Source: Geotalea daltonii FRC-32 (GTDB taxonomy: Bacteria > Desulfobacterota > Desulfuromonadia > Geobacterales > Geobacteraceae). From it: a DNA stretch of 32,000 nt. Positions 31,068 through 32,000 of the stretch are shown in pieces; position 1 is the first letter of the stretch; each line of letters starts with the position of its first letter. The position numbers and the translations under genes were made by a program. The stretch spans positions 1,500,001 through 1,532,000 of the forward strand of contig NC_011979.1 of the NCBI RefSeq assembly GCF_000022265.1. The letters run 5' to 3'. The notes under the pieces are model-generated. The model was not told where the DNA came from. It saw only the letters and a list, made by a program, of their open reading frames with translations, and ran no database searches.

Positions 31068-32000
31068 TTAATCGGCTCTGGTGGTGAAGGGGACTGCAGG
31101 TCTTTCTGCTATCGCCTCAGGTAGCTCCAGGTTGCGCGGGATCTTGTCCAGCCCCTCCACCCGGTCGATATCCTTGCCGGTGGAGGCTCCCAGTTCCTTG
31201 AAGCGGCGAGCGGTCACCAGAACTCGTGTCTCCATGGATCCCACGGCCTTGTTGTAGGATTCGACGGCCCGCTCCAGTCCCTTGCGCATATCGGAAAAAT
31301 GGCCGGCCAGGGTGGCTATCCGGTCGTAAAGGGATTTGCCCAACTCGGAGATTGCCTGGGCGTTTTCGGCGATCTGCTCCTGCCTCCAGCCATAGGCCAC
31401 CGCGCGGAGCAGGGCGATAAGGGTGGTGGGGGTGGCGAGGATCACCTTCTGCTCGACGCCGAACTCGATCAAGCTCGGGTCCTGCTCCAGGGCGGCGCTG
31501 AAGAACGTCTCGCCAGGAAGGAAAAGAACGACGAACTCTGGTGTCGGCTGAAACTGGTCCCAGTATGACTTGGCCGAGAGCTTTGTCAGGTGGACCCTGA
31601 TGTGACGGCTATGCTCCTTCAGCTGGCGCTGGCGCTCCTCTTCGCTGGCTGCTTCCAGCGCTTCAAGATAGGCCATCAGCGGCGCCTTCGAATCGACGAC
31701 GATATTCTTGCCGTTGGGCAGCTTGATGACCATGTCCGGCCGTAGCCGTCCCTCTTCCGTGGTGGTCGATTCCTGCTCCTGAAAATCGCAGTAGTTGACC
31801 ATGCCGCACATCTCCACCACCCGCTTCAGTTGAATCTCCCCCCATCGCCCGCGTACGGTGGGAGCACGCAAGGCCTTGACCAGATTGGCCGTCTCCCCTT
31901 GCAGCTGCATCTGCCCGGCTGCCATGGTCTTGATCTGTTCGGTCAAACCGGCATAAGCGGTAATGCGGGTTTTTTCCAGCTCCTGGATCTTGGTATCCAC
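31068..32000 (-). CDS. rmuC: DNA recombination protein RmuC (5' end lies beyond the window)
   Basis: The frame is open to the window edge. [52 protein letters not shown] is the characteristic RmuC C-terminal region. The M shown at 32000 in the ORF track is an edge artefact. Confidence 0.85.
   Translation of the reverse strand: MDTKIQELEKTRITAYAGLTEQIKTMAAGQMQLQGETANLVKALRAPTVRGRWGEIQLKRVVEMCGMVNYCDFQEQESTTTEEGRLRPDMVIKLPNGKNIVVDSKAPLMAYLEALEAASEEERQRQLKEHSRHIRVHLTKLSAKSYWDQFQPTPEFVVLFLPGETFFSAALEQDPSLIEFGVEQKVILATPTTLIALLRAVAYGWRQEQIAENAQAISELGKSLYDRIATLAGHFSDMRKGLERAVESYNKAVGSMETRVLVTARRFKELGASTGKDIDRVEGLDKIPRNLELPEAIAERPAVPFTTRAD

Noticed and set aside
1-32000. Searched for mobile-element hallmarks (transposase, integrase, terminal inverted repeats, tRNA-flanked island)
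   Set aside because: None recognised. The apparent codon-usage shift over 6189-17120 is the only hint of foreign origin, and it may simply reflect amino-acid composition.

Overview
The gene content suggests a chromosomal segment from a Geobacter/Desulfuromonadales-like deltaproteobacterium (several sigma-54 activators, and very large multiheme c-type cytochromes built from the Geobacter-style CxxxxCH...CxxCH module). This assignment is an inference, not a database result. Left end (1-5.9 kb): a small conserved hypothetical, a split two-subunit transketolase, and a pseudopilin-like gene overlapping the transketolase stop codon (TAATG). These are followed by a membrane histidine kinase with a CxxCH heme motif in its periplasmic loop and an NtrC-type sigma-54 response regulator. 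A 321-bp gap with a good -24/-12 sigma-54 promoter and an upstream inverted repeat leads into a three-gene plus-strand unit (6189-17120) closed by a strong intrinsic terminator. The unit encodes a secreted NHL-propeller/Ig-array/dockerin-like protein (948 aa), a 1041-aa cytochrome (about 27 heme motifs) and a 1592-aa cytochrome (about 44 heme motifs). The last gene holds the most striking signal: about 4.8 copies of a 594-bp (198-aa, 6 heme motifs) in-frame tandem repeat. The copies differ at only four positions by eye and show a 1188-bp higher-order pattern, implying very recent and probably still variable expansion of a heme array. I propose this heme-sensing two-component system, sigma-54 promoter, scaffold and expandable cytochromes as the candidate undescribed system (extracellular or periplasmic electron transfer). 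Right part (17.5-32 kb): an unrecognised membrane-anchored protein, a DUF362/4Fe-4S protein, a tandem degenerate receiver protein, a DUF3300/DUF2950 pair, and an orphan hydrogenase maturation protease with a probable non-canonical start. It also holds a multi-GAF sigma-54 activator, an unrecognised 615-aa protein, a PhnP-like MBL hydrolase, a GT4-type glycosyltransferase and a truncated rmuC. I saw no rRNA, tRNA, CRISPR, transposase or integrase.
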